A DNA stretch of 56,079 bases, filler included, from Catajapyx aquilonaris (GCA_000934665.2; 4 parts of 4 records of this genome joined end to end with filler, not necessarily neighbours in it); one strand, 5' to 3'; counted from the whole stretch's first letter, positions 27,165-39,397 are shown. Numbers and translations are program-made. The notes: generated by a model not told the origin, from the sequence alone.

Positions 27165-27260
27165 ACCACATCCACGCATAATCTGAGCACGTGGGGCTGG
27201 TGTGAATGGCGTAATTGAAGGGCTTAAGTCAAAATGGCTGTAAGAGCCAAGAAGAAGAAA
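27165..27260 (+). mobile_element. Possible 3' tip of an RTE-clade LINE
   Basis: Ends GGCTGTAAGAGCC(AAG)n, which resembles arthropod RTE 3' ends as I recall them. Confidence 0.4.
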
Positions 27261-27802
27261 TTTGGGAAATCAACCAAATGTGTTTGAGGAAGGTACTGTT
27301 ATCACACATCCCAAAAGTCTACCAATTACAGACCACATAAGTGTCATATGTTAACAAGCAATGCATCTGCATAACTGCAAAGATCACCTCCAAAAAATAT
27401 GTACAGATCGCCAATCTAAAATGATGTAAGTGCCAAGGGTAAGAAAGCTGAAAGTGCCCACCCGCCGAATCTAACAAGCAAAGTAACTTTTCTTACCCTC
27501 GTGGATTTTGATAATTTTTATAAATTAAATTCTGCTTGGCCTGTAGTGTTGGGAAATCATCACCTCAGCTGCTAAATTCCACGTTAGCAGGGTGAAAATC
27601 CAGCCTAAAGGCGATGTTCCGTAAGCCACAACACCCGCGTTCGGTCGCGAGGCGCTTTCCAGGCTGCCCAGTCACGCTCGTCCCGGCTGCCCGGTCGCGG
27701 TCGCCTTTCACCGCGTCTGTAGCTCTCTCCGTTGCCACGAAGGAGAAGGGTCATCTCGCACGCTTTGCAGTCGAAGGCGATTATAATAATGGAGAGCCAG
27801 GA

Positions 27803-27906
27803 CAGGGGACATAATACTACATAAGAGGCGCAAACATTCGATTCGCCTGTCTCTGGTTGATGGGGCCAACGGTGGCGGCCATTTTGAAGAGATGCCAACG
27901 AGGTGT
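27803..27906. mobile_element. Left arm of a second P-like MITE, cut by the linker
   Basis: CAGGGGACATAAT..ATAAGAGGCGCAAAC...GGCCATTTTGAAG..GCCAACGAGGT matches the 13298 arm. Confidence 0.75.
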
Positions 27907-28006
27907 NNNNNNNNNNNNNNNNNNNNNNNNNNNNNNNNNNNNNNNNNNNNTTAATTAATTAANNNNNNNNNNNNNNNNNNNNNNNNNNNNNNNNNNNNNN
28001 NNNNNN
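27907..28006. other. Artificial assembly linker
   Basis: N44-TTAATTAATTAA-N44. Confidence 0.97.
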
Positions 28007-28509
28007 AAATTTATGTCCTTTTGTACGATGTAGAGTGTCCCCCCATAGGAGCCCTGCTCCAGGCCGGGGTAATCAAATAAATAAATAAATAAATAAATAA
28101 ATATTGCCAGAGTTTGGGAGCCAAAAGAATGACCTTCGGATGCATTAGGATTAGGCCTAATATCACGGACCAGAACAAACATTGACTCGAGAAATTTCTG
28201 TCAGGTGATGAGATAACAGTTATTTCAAAACATTTTACTTATTATGTGCCATAGAAAAGTGAGCCAGGAGTGTGATGCTAAATATGCTTCATAACTGCAT
28301 TTAAAACTCCTGATTATTTAAAAACCCACTTGGAGACGTACTTCATGCACAGAAATCTGTAGTTAAATCAAGATGTCATGGAGAAGCAGTGTTGCCAAAA
28401 TAACTGAATAAAAAATCCCTTTGTTTCACTGCAAAATTAAAAATAAAAAAATATCCTGATCCAGGAGAGTAACATGAGAACTCAGGACACACTTGGAGTG
28501 ATGCAGCAA

Positions 28510-28746
28510 GGGGCCGTCCATAATCCGCGCGGACAAGTGAAGGGGGGGAGGGGGGTTGCACTTTGTCCGCTTTTGTCCGTACAGGGGGGTGGGGGTAGAA
28601 GTCAGTTNGCAGGGGGGGGGTCAAGGAGGCCATGTCCGCGCAATTTTTAGGGGGGGAGGTAAGAAATTGTCCGCTTCTGTCCGCAAAGGGGAGGGGGGGA
28701 GGTAAAAAAGTGAAAAAATCTGTCCGCGCGGATTATGGACGGCCCC
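28510..28746. mobile_element. MITE with 3-bp TSD (PIF/Harbinger- or Zator-like)
   Basis: Perfect TIR GGGGCCGTCCATAATCCGCGCGGACA; CAA on both flanks; internal TGTCCGC repeats. Confidence 0.88.
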
Positions 28747-29362
28747 CAAGGTCATATCAAATGATTAAATTGTTTTTAAAATGTTGTTTTATACCTTCAA
28801 GTACGTACAATTTAATTATGGAACTTGTCTAATCTATATCTTAAAATCTTTGCGGTGTTTGTATAAGCCCTCTGATTGGTCCACCACCATATTGTTGCTG
28901 CCACTTTCCCATTGGTCCGCATTCTATGCATGTGCCATGGGGTGTAAACAACGCCTCTGGTGAGTTGCGGGGGAAACTGTCAATTCCTTCTCTGTATTGT
29001 TGCCCAATTGGCACTACTGTGAAGTTGTTTAAAGAGTCAGAAAACAGTTCACTTTATGAAGCGACAAATACAGGGCAGACATGTTCTCACTAATAGGGCC
29101 GTTCGAAGACTGCTGGAGGGCTATCACTGTACCATCCTCAGGCGATGGTGCACTGAATCGGTACCCCAGGCCGCAGGCCTAGAAAAGAGTGAGTGAAGCG
29201 AGTGGTTTTCTAGGCCTGTGCCCTAGGAAAATGCGAGCAAAGCAAGGGTTTTTCTAGTGTTAATGATAAAATGGTAAGAAAATATAGTATGCTTTAAAAT
29301 ATGATCGGGACATGCCAAGAAGAGTGATTTTAGGCCCTTAGACATTTTTGCAGTAAAATGTA

Positions 29363-30177
29363 TTACCTGGCTCGGAAATGATTTACACTCTTTCTTTTTC
29401 CCGCTGAAGAAGTGGTCCTAGAAGTTCCATTATTCACCACTAGATGGAACGAGTCTTCCTGAGGGTGCCAGAGAAAATTTGACCCCATTCGTGTCAGTTG
29501 CCTCGTCGCAGTGCCCACCGAAAGTAGTGCCCGTAGCTCTCGTCATGGACAACGTTGCAGGAGACTACCACGGGCAGAGGTGGACCACATGGTTTTTGTG
29601 GACGGAAGGAGTGGCAGCGACAGATATTCACAGGCGTTTAGCGAGCGTGTGTGGTGAAATGTGTGGTGAAAATGAGTGTAAATCATTTCCGAGCGGCACA
29701 GTGACTCTTTCAAGTTCACGAAAAGTCACACGTCTGTCTTGCATGATGAGGTCGTTGATCCTCTTCACCTTAGCCGGCGTCCGAGCAGTACAGGGTCTGC
29801 CTGTACTCACGCCCTTAGTGACGCTGGCATGCCCTTCCTTAAAAGCAGCTACCCAGTTGAATACTGTCTTGCGACAGGGGGCCAGCTCACCACACACGCT
29901 CGCTAAACGCCTGTGAATATCTGTCGCTGCCACTCCTTCCGTCCACAAAAACCATGTGGTCCACCTCTGCTCGTGGTAGTCTCCTGCAACGTTGTCCATG
30001 ACGAGAGCTACGGGCACTACTTTCGGTGGGCACTGCGACGAGGCAACTGACACGAATGGGGTCAAATTTTCTCTGGCGCCCTCAGGAAGACTCGTTCCAT
30101 CTAGTGGTGAATAATGGAACTTCTAGGACCACTTCTTCAGCGGGAAAAAGAGTGTAAATCATTTCCGAGCCAGGTAA
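29363..30177. mobile_element. Mariner-derived foldback element made of two 5' ends
   Basis: TA flanks; near-identical inverted arms of ~295 bp; minus strand encodes a mariner N-terminal HTH region (EQRWTTWFLWTEGVAATDIHRRL...GRP...DRRVTFRELE). Confidence 0.9.
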
Positions 30178-30688
30178 TAATTCAGTATTTTTCTTTGTTT
30201 ACATGGGGATGGCTAGGTGTCAACTGCTTCTCAGATGTTTTAAAAATCCACTCTCTCAGTCAAGCCATTTTTGAGTTATTATGCCGGGACATAGTATAGG
30301 TAAGATTTTGGAGAATCACCCATATGTGGGACACACTTTTCTGCCTACAGTAGTCAAGCAAGAGTAAAGCTATTTTGGCTACTGGTTTCATGGGATTGCT
30401 GCACAGTGCCCCAAGCTGATTCCTAGGCCATGCTTGGAAGATGGAGGCCACAAGATACACCCCCACTCGCTCAGCCTCCATACCATGCCCAACTCCTGTG
30501 CCATGAGGTACAACATGATGTGGAAGCCATGCTGAGGCAGATTCGGCAGCATTTTCGCCACCTTGCTGGCCATCTTCTAACATAGGGCATCACCATCTTT
30601 CTCGCTATTCCCTGCTCCTTCCACTCCCNCCCCCCCCCCCCAAGCTCCCTAATTCTGTCCATAGCCTCCCTCCTACCTTCCCTGCTGC

Positions 30689-31133
30689 CAGTGCCAGATT
30701 TACGGCAAGGCAACCTAAGCAGTTGCCTAGGGCGGCAGATTTAGGCATACAAAAAAAAGTATATGAAAAATTAATAATAAATAATTATGCGACTGGAAGC
30801 AGCGCCTGATTTACCATTGGGCAGAGTAGGCAATTGCTGCAAGTTGCAATAAATATTTTTCAAATAGGCTGCAATAATAGGAAATAAAAGCGAAATCATT
30901 CCAAAATTGCAAAAATTTTGTCGGGGTGTTCTCAGCGCCGGATTTGCCACTAGGCAGAAAAGCCTAAGGGCTGTCATAAGTTGAAAGAGTTGAAATAGAA
31001 TTTTTTTGTACAAAATCAAATGAAATTAAGGAGAGAACTCATCAGACAAATTGAATTTTTAAGCGGCATTGGGGGGGGGGGGGGNGGGGATCTCAACTGC
31101 CTAGGGGTGGCCGAGGGGGTAAATCCGGCACTG
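30689..31133. mobile_element. hAT MITE
   Basis: TIR CAGTGCCAGATTTAC / GTAAATCCGGCACTG; 8-bp TSD CCTGCTGC / CCTGATGC. Confidence 0.85.
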
Positions 31134-31262
31134 CCTGATGCATAGCACATGCTGCATGAGCAAGGCCTCCAATCAGCACAGTTCGCCTTAGCTGAGCCAC
31201 CTGTTCCGACAGGCTCACTGTAAGGTCGGCACTATGTAAGCAATTCCATTACAAGGGACTAA

Positions 31263-31616
31263 AGCTTCATTTACATGTGAGCGATTTGATAGGCGATGTC
31301 ATCGCCAAGCCATGAAATCCTAATGAAAGCAATGATTTGGGCCAAAAGTAGCAATAGCGTTGAAGACGGGAGGGCATCGGCGATGACATTGCTCAGGTCT
31401 GTTTGAAATAGACGATGGCGATGACATCCCCGCGGCATGCCAACAGTACAGTTACTGTATTGTACTGTATTGTTAGCATGCCGTGGCGATGCACATTGCC
31501 AGCATGTAAACACACAGATGAAGTGTAAGTGCTGTCACTTGCGTCATGACGTCAGAACCGTTACAACTCACGGACGATGACATCGCTGATCAAATCGCCC
31601 ACATGTATACGCAGCT
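31263..31616. mobile_element. PIF/Harbinger-like MITE
   Basis: Imperfect TIRs AGCT....TACATGTGAGCGATTTGAT / ATCAAATCGCCCACATGTA....AGCT; flanks TAA and TAC. Confidence 0.7.
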
Positions 31617-33032
31617 TACCTGCCTTTCTTAGCTAGACAAGCTTTCTGCAGGCCAATTTTTAGTCCCACGATCATGCAGTCATAAGCAAGTATGAAGAAG
31701 TCACTTGTGAATAAAGCCCCTTGGCATGATGTGATAGGATTGTTGAATATTTTAAAGGTATTTTAGCAAATCCACTAATTATGCCAAAAAAAAGGTTAAA
31801 AACTTTGGATGTATTTTTAAAAGTGCAAGCACTTTTGCATGTCAAAATACATACTCTCCAAAATAAATCTTTTAAACAGGAAGTATCATGTCTTAATTTA
31901 TGTGTGTAGCCACTGAATTCTATGAGAAGGGCAACAAGTACTTTTCTCTAATTACTGTAATTTATGCAAATACACAGTGTTTCTTACTAGTAGGTTCAAT
32001 GGCAGTCAGCGTACTCCTTGGCACAAAACAAGTCAAAAATGTAGGGGGAAGAAATGACAAGGGAGCAACCGTTTACAATGTAGACGATGATGGGGATTTG
32101 CGTGCCTGAGACAAAAATGTCCACCCACCCAACAGCTTTTCTGTGGGGAAGGTGACTCTGGCTTGTGCAGTAGTTGTGTGTCAGGATATGATCCCAATAT
32201 TAATGGACCTGGGCAAAGAGGTGGCCTTGCCAGATCCTGGTAATTATCCCACACAGACTGAACTGAATGCATCTGCTCCTATCACAGGGTAATCCAAGTA
32301 TTGTGGGATTTCAGGTGACCAGAGGTTATGAGAGCACGGGGCCAACTGCTATGTGTGGCGGTATCCAAGGGCCTGGGTTGACCTTGCAGCAAGAGTGCCT
32401 TCATTGAAATCCCAGATGCTTTTAATCGTTTCTGCTTGGAGGCTGAGGTGTGCTTAGAGACCTGAACAGGGACTTCCGTGGGACAGGAGGGGCCACTGCA
32501 AGGAGACAGTGCTGCGCCTGATAGAATCTGATAGGAGTCTGTTGCCTGGTGTCTGATTGCCTGACGTCTGATGTAAGCCCAGCATTTGATTGATGGATGA
32601 CTTTGTGTATTCTGTTTCTGTAATACATTGGAACGGAGGGGCTGTAGGGCCTTAAGGTTTGTCAAGTGCTAAATTCCCTCAAGGGGTCATACAAAAAAAA
32701 AAAAAAAAAAAAAAAANAAAAAAACACTGAATGCTTCTGTGGCCCAACTACATTGGGTGGGTGGGGATGCTTCTTTCAGGGGAATCCAAATCCCCATTGT
32801 TGTCTATGTTGCCTGGACATTTCTCACCTCTATATTTTTGTCTTGTTTTGGGCCAAGGAATATGACACTAACTGCCGTTGGACCTACTAATAAGAACAGG
32901 TTGTGTAGTTATTTGTAGCTATCTCAAAACTACTTATGATGGAGAGTTTGCATTCTGACAAGTCACTTCATAATATTGTCAACTACTGTATATTAAGTCT
33001 GTAAACTATCATCTCACATTCAAACATCTCAC

Positions 33033-33508
33033 CTGACACCCCTATTGTAACGCATCACATGAGGGGAACCATCCAAGACCTCCGTAACATTTGAATCCCC
33101 AAAATCACTGCTGGTGTCAGAATGGTACCCCTTACGTTCATCTGCAATGAACAACTCATTCTCGTAACCACTATCAGACAGCACTGACCGCTCCCGGCCA
33201 CGGGGACTTCCATTGGTCGCCAAGGTGCACTTCTTTCGTGCCCTATCACTCGATCCATTCCATTTCTTAGATCCTTCCAGAGCCTTCAGCTTGGCCTGAA
33301 GCTCTGCACTAAATTCCATGCTGGAAGCTGGATCATGACGACAGGCACCCACATCTGGTGCCACAGGATAACTGATATCTTCATCAGACTCACCACCTGA
33401 GTCACGAGATTCCACCCCTCTCCTAATCCTTGCTTGCATGGCAGTGAGTGCTGATTCTGTGTCTCGCAGAAAGCATTCTGTGTCACTGTCCATGTATTTC
33501 TCTGTTAC
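33033..33508 (-). CDS. CEP170: CEP170-like exon 5 (numbered within window)
   Basis: ctatcag acceptor, phase 0; DTECFLRDTESALTAMQARI resembles the CEP170 motif LKDTEAVMAFLEAKL; AG/gtgag donor. Confidence 0.82.
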
Positions 33509-33576
33509 CTGATAGGAGAAAGTTTTAGTTCATGTTCCCTGAATTTCTGCTTAATTCCTCTACATAGCACACTTAC

Positions 33577-33785
33577 CTTGCTCTTTGTTGGGTTATCAGT
33601 ATCGGTACCTAAGTGTTCACCCTTTCGTGACATGGATACTGCGAAAGGAGACTGATTTAATGGTGGCATCGGTAGGCGCCGCCGTGGACGGCCATGATAT
33701 TCCTGGCTGGATGACACTCGGGCAGTGGCCAACGATGGCCTTGAACTGGGGCTGGCAGGTGATGAGTTATGTATAGGTGATGTCA
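33577..33785 (-). CDS. CEP170: CEP170-like exon 4
   Basis: ttatag acceptor, phase 1; RPRRRLP motif; AAG/gtaagt donor, phase 0; 68-bp intron to the next exon. Confidence 0.82.
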
Positions 33786-34439
33786 CTATAACAAGAACAG
33801 AATCATCATCAGCATTATTATAAAGGAAAGTTTGTTTAATTGTTGGTTTGTATCTCTGGGCTACCTAACCTACTTCCACACCTCTGAGAGCCCTGACACT
33901 TCGCGCACTGATGAATTATGTGTCTCTTATTGAGGGAGAAGTCCGAAAACTGCACTTTTTCGAGTCTAAATGCCCGAAATTTAGGATTTTTCGTTTTTTA
34001 CATTGTTGTCTCATCTACAGCCATTGTTACCATGACAACAGATGGCGCTCCTACCCTCCCCCTCCCCCTCCCCACATCCTCCCAAAATAATCATTCCATA
34101 ATCAACAAACAAAACGATGGAACAGTGTTGGATTCTCTCACCTGCAGTGAGAGTGACCAGAATGCGCATTCCATCATTCTGTCCCAATCCACAGAATAGA
34201 ACAGAACTGGTGCAGGTCCAAGGCAGACTTGGAGTCCAAGGTCAGTTGGCAATATATACTCCTTTATTTATCCTTAACCCTTTGATGGTGGAATTGTTTT
34301 TGGGAGGTTTTTGGGCAGTTTTTTTCTTTTTTGTCCAAAATTCGATGTAGGAGTGATATTGATGAATAACAACGCCAAAATTAATCATTTTAATTCGTGG
34401 TGGTCCCTTGAATGTAAAATGCCAGAAGAAATTCATCTA

Positions 34440-34612
34440 CAGGGTGTCCCAGAAATAACTTTTTAAGAATCGTCTGGCTCTCAGGATGTCGATAGGCCTA
34501 CAAATTTACTCCGTCACTATATACATTGTTATTATGGTGACATAATATTACCACAACACTGTAGGCCTACTATGAGAAACTCCCAAGGGTACAGGCTTTA
34601 TGGGCCACCCTG
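34440..34612. mobile_element. Short Tc1/mariner-type MITE
   Basis: TA-CAGGGTGTCCCA...TGGGCCACCCTG-TA. Confidence 0.6.
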
Positions 34613-35176
34613 TACTGAGGGCGCATGGTTACATAAACGATAGCGCAGGAGCAACACGACCTTGGCATATACGACTCAACTTTGAGGAAGCAGGGGGGAT
34701 TCTGGGAATGCTATGGTAGTTGAGTCACCATCCAAGAGATGGGAAGAGCATATTGAACTGCATTGGAAACCACAAAGTTCAAATTCTCTATGTGCATCCT
34801 AGTGCGCCAAAGTAAAAAAAAAGCTCAGGACATCATATGATGCACGTAGCCCTCAAAGGACTAATCCCTTCGTACATTTCTTGTCGGTTTAGTTGGAGTT
34901 GGTTCTGAGTTTGTTTGGTGTTTGGTTATAATAATTATTTGTTCTGAGTGTTATTCAGAGTATTCCGTGTGTGGTTGGTGTTTATAATAATTATTTTGGT
35001 CTAATAGTATTGCCATTTTGACTGCAAAGAATGACGCTGCTGACTACATCGATCACTCCCTCTTCCACAAGTGTCCGGGTGAGGAGATAGTCTCCACCTC
35101 TCAGTTCACAGTGTCGTCAATCAAGATGAAGCCGTCAACTACCATGTGCATTCATCCAACCCCTGCATGCTATATA

Positions 35177-35571
35177 CAGGGTGGACCAACTCCAAGTGTC
35201 GTTTTATAATGGCTATTAATAGAAGCGCTTTACGATTGACGTAGCAGCGACGTGTAAAATGGCCCACTTCGGCGCCATCGAAAATATTAGCTGCCAATAG
35301 CAGCACACATGTAATGCATTCAGAATGCATTACAGGTCCATCTGGTGCCTTGGGCGTCACCCATTTCACCCAGGCGCATCTCAGGTCATGTGTGCACCTA
35401 CTATTTTCCAGGTCAACCCAGCAGCAGGGTTGATTACACGTGAGCGGCTATTGGCAACTAATATGTTCGATGGCGCCTAAGTGGGACATTTTACACGTCG
35501 CTGCTATGTCATCGCAAAATCACTGCTATTAATCGCCGTTATAAAATGACACTTGAAGTTGGTCCACCCTG
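35177..35571. mobile_element. Tc1/mariner-type foldback MITE (family 4)
   Basis: TA-CAGGGTGGACCAACT...AGTTGGTCCACCCTG-TA; arms of ~135 bp. Confidence 0.9.
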
Positions 35572-36027
35572 TATAGCTCGGGACAGACTTCTAGGGTGGG
35601 CCAAGAATTTCTCCCTGTGTTCCAGTGGGTTTTCCCATTTCTTCCCACTGTCCAAAAACCTTCCTACCCATCTCACCCTCCCCAGATAACCTTAGATATT
35701 TTGACTCCCATAAATCAGCCAACCAACCGACAGCATTGTGTAAACCATGGATGAGGTATATCAGGACTGGTCACTCCCCCTTGGGACGGAAATGGGGAGG
35801 TTATGCACTCCGGAACCAGAGACCTGACTATTAATTTTTTTGGCACTAACCTGCTTATTTTAAAGCAGTTACTTTGAAACAGTTACTTAAGAGGGGTTAT
35901 CATCAATATTATCTGCTAACAATGGATTGAAAGGCTTGTCAGTCATTCTGAGAGGCACAGAATGGTTTTTCCTGTCATGTTGATGATGTCCATCTACACT
36001 ATACTATCACAAGATGTTTGTCTTAAT

Positions 36028-36387
36028 GGGAGATGAAGTGGCGCCGCGGTAACGCGCGCGCCCACGGATATTAAGGTCCCGGGTTCAATCCCCACCCAGG
36101 GTTCCCACCTTTATCCGTGCAGAGTTGGGCCATCTCTGGCTTCATTTCGGGAGGCAATTTCCGATAGACTAAGCCACCCCGGGGAGTTCACAAAATGACC
36201 GTTAGAGACATTGCACTTGCACATTGCACATCCCCTCCTATTCATTCCCCCTTCGCTCGCGGTACCCGAGCGTTACGAAAAAGGACCACTTGTAAAAGCT
36301 TGTACATCTTAAGCAAATAAAGGTACCGTGCCAGATGCCCAATTAGGGCGGTGCACTAACCCAATTATTATATATTATATTATTATT
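36028..36387 (+). mobile_element. Full-length tRNA-derived SINE, family S1, tail type B
   Basis: A and B boxes; (TTA)-rich tail; TSD AGATGTTTGTCTYAA at 36012 and 36388. Confidence 0.9.
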
Positions 36388-36677
36388 AGATGTTTGTCTC
36401 AAGACTGTCGATGAATTTGATGTGTTGTAATTTTGACTACTTAACACTGGGATTTCTTCAAGGACTGCACTTCTGCTCAAAAGATACCAACAGAAAATGG
36501 CTTAATCACTAATGAAGCCCATAAAACTTGTAATTGAGAAAGCATGACCTCCCTGCCATGAAAAGACACTGTCTCTGATTTCAAGTGACAGAGATTATCC
36601 AATAGTTCCCCAAACTGTAAAATTGGCATGCATGGAACATTAATGCAGAATGCAAACAGAAAAACCCCATAACTTAC

Positions 36678-37361
36678 CACGCCGATGTGTTGGACTCGGA
36701 GGTGGGAGATCATATCCATCTGGCATACGTTTTTGGTGCTGCTGACTCACTTGTGCAGCCCATTCCCTGATCCATTTGGGTGTCCCTGGTGGTGGTGTCC
36801 TTCTTGTCTGGGGGCTGCTTTCTCTGACACGATGCTCCACTGCCTCCACTGTAGCCAATGGCTTGTTACTCACCACCTTTTCCTCTTCCACTCCAAATAC
36901 CCTGTCAATGTCCTTGCGTGCTTTGTTCAACTCAGGAGATGAGCTTTCCTTCTCTATAGTGTAAGTCCCAGCCTCACTGGTGCTGTCCTTTTCGGGCTCT
37001 TCGTCAGCACTTGGATCAAACCCACTGCTGGTGGGAGGCTCATTTGGACTAAGCATGCTCCGGCCTTCCAGACTACTTGCCCTTCGGAAACGCTCAGTTG
37101 AAGCATCCATGTCAAGTGGTACACCACCCTTCTGGCTGCTGAGAAGTTTCTGGATTAAATATGAGGCTGATTCACTCACTCCATCTGGACCCATCACATC
37201 CTCATGCCTATACAGATCAGAAGTAGAATCTTGGTGACAACTCCGAGGAAATTCAGACCAAGGCTCAGGATGAGGGTCAGGGCGAGATTCCGGACGATGG
37301 TCAAAGCGAGGATCACTTCTATGCCTTTCATCACTAACTCTGTGTACTGTCCGAGCTTGTC
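36678..37361 (-). CDS. CEP170: CEP170-like exon 3
   Basis: cccctag acceptor, phase 1; SEAGTYTIEKE...ARKDIDRVFGV and PKWIREWA match CEP170 SDKGTYTIELE...ARKMIDKVFGV and PKWVSQWA; G/gtaagt donor. Confidence 0.9.
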
Positions 37362-37446
37362 CTAGGGGAAATAAAACTGAATGAATAAATCAGGACTACA
37401 AAATGCATATGGGATAACAAACCTTTGGCATTCAGTTTTACTTTAC

Positions 37447-37549
37447 GAAACAACGGTTCAGTGTTTTCCAGGCTGGATTTCCTGTTTGGTGATGCAGACA
37501 CTAATGGAGATGTAGGCTTATGCTCACAGCCTTTGTCATCCTTGGTCTT
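37447..37549 (-). CDS. CEP170: CEP170-like exon 2
   Basis: ttttcttacag acceptor, phase 0; C/gtaaag donor, phase 1; keeps the frame between the flanking exons. Confidence 0.75.
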
Positions 37550-37864
37550 CTGTAAGAAAAAAACAATAAAACTCAAAACAAGTACCAAAAAAACTGCAAA
37601 CTTCAAGGACCCCTATTTTTAATATGGAACTTCCATGGAAACGTGAAGGAGTCTCAGGGAGGAACAATTATTCCTGAGAGAACACTTGCAACTAGCTAGC
37701 ACAATTTTATGTCATGTGTTGTTCTAGGGCTCCTGCAGTATAAACAGACTCTGGAGAAAACCTGATACCAGTACCTGGCACAAATGTTCCCTCTCAAGAC
37801 AAAGCATACAAAATGCAAAAATCGCATTACAAGAATTAACACGTCGTTCGCTAAAATTGCATCA

Positions 37865-38040
37865 ATGGCTTATTGTACAGTGGTGGAAATTAATGGAGAA
37901 GCACAAGTATCACCTCCTGGCAGAGTTTTTCCTGTACAAGTGTACATAAAGCAGCTTCAGCTTCATGTAAAGGGAAAGCTCTGCCAGGAGGCGATGCTTG
38001 TGCTTCTCCATTAATTTCCACTGTTGTACCATAACCCCAT
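37865..38040. repeat. Imperfect hairpin, arms of ~65 bp
   Basis: GTGGAAATTAATGGAGAAGCACAAG...CTTGTGCTTCTCCATTAATTTCCAC. Confidence 0.85.
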
Positions 38041-38343
38041 TACCACTTTGTTAGCTCACCTTATGTACCACAGGAGTTGGTGGCATGTGTGCTCAAATAT
38101 AAATTGGCATACGTCCAGAATGTAATATTCTTTTGGTTGTAACAATTATTTCAACATTATTATAGCAATTCCTTCCATACCTTGACATTGAAATATGACA
38201 CATACCTTTAGCTACTTCTGCACAAAATCATCACATAGCTTACAGAACTTATCCTAACATGGGACCAGCTTTTGTATGTATACCTAAATGAAGAAGGTTT
38301 CTGCCATGCCTTCCAGCCCATCCTGCACAGCATCATTTATAAT

Positions 38344-39163
38344 AATTCGGGGGACAAACTTGTAGGGGTAATAGAGGGGTCCAAGACAAACATATTTGAC
38401 CTAGGAACCCATGTCCGGAAACGCCATCTAGAGACGGTTCATAGACAAGGAACGGGTGCGCTCAGACGCGTCATGCGGGAGGCGCTAACGAGCGGACCGT
38501 TTAGTTGCTAGGTGGCGCGCGGATTGTACACAACTTCGCAATTCGCCATAACTTGGCAACAACAGAGTTGTTGTTTATTATCTGTGCGCTACCCAAAGAG
38601 TTCTGCTATAACATATAATATACCTAGAGGAGATACTCCCTATCCTTTTCCATTAGACAGGCTGAGGCAGCCGCCATCTTGTTGGAGGTAATATTGTTGT
38701 TCTAACAGTTGCCTAGCAACTGGGACAACAACCAATAATGACAACTGGGTGACAATTAGATCAATAATGTCAGGCATCCGCCATCTTGTTGGAGGTAATA
38801 TTGTTGCCTGCATTGTTGCCTGCCTCACATTTCAGCCCGAGTGCCTCCTCTAGGTATATTATAATATAGCAGAACTCTTTGGCGCTACCTAGCATGCTTA
38901 CTTAGTTGTTAGGTGGCTCTGTTGTTTCCAGGTTAGGCCTATGGCTAATTGCGAAGTTGTGTAAAATCCACGCGCCACCTAGCAACTAAACGGTCCGCTC
39001 GCTTTTAAACGCCGCCCGCCTGACGCGTCTGAGCTCACCCGTTCCTTGTCTATGAACCCCCTCTAGATGGCGTTTCCGGACATGGGTTCCTAGGTCAAAT
39101 ATGTTTGTCTTGGTCCCTTCTATTACCCCTACAAGTTTGTCCCCTGAATTCATTTACACCCTC
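38344..39163. mobile_element. Foldback MITE family 2, second copy, hosting a nested element
   Basis: Arms homologous to 19561-19987; left terminus eroded. Confidence 0.88.
38594..38881. mobile_element. Nested MITE with 8-bp TSD (P- or hAT-like)
   Basis: CAAAGAGTTCTGCTATA...TATAGCAGAACTCTTTG flanked by perfect GCGCTACC at 38586 and 38882. Confidence 0.88.
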
Positions 39164-39397
39164 TATAGGGTATGCAGCACGGACCTTCATTATACTTGAA
39201 GTACAATGCAGACCATGTTCCCTAATTTGAGGTGGGATGACCCAGTTGCATTATGTCATCTTCATACTGGCATATTCAGCTTTGTGTACTTATTTATAAT
39301 TATAATTCATACCCCATTTATATCAGCCATCAGCTCTTTAGGGGGGAAGTTTGTTTTGCCTGGAACTCTTTGCTTTTCATTTTACTGTGCTCTTTGG

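Noticed and set aside
29479..30065. Two opposite 145-aa ORFs with near-identical N-termini
   Set aside because: They result from the inverted duplication; only a truncated mariner HTH fragment is meaningful.
33908..33950. CTGATGA...GAAA resembling a hammerhead ribozyme core
   Set aside because: No stem II closes the core, and I could not build stems I and III with a cleavage triplet.
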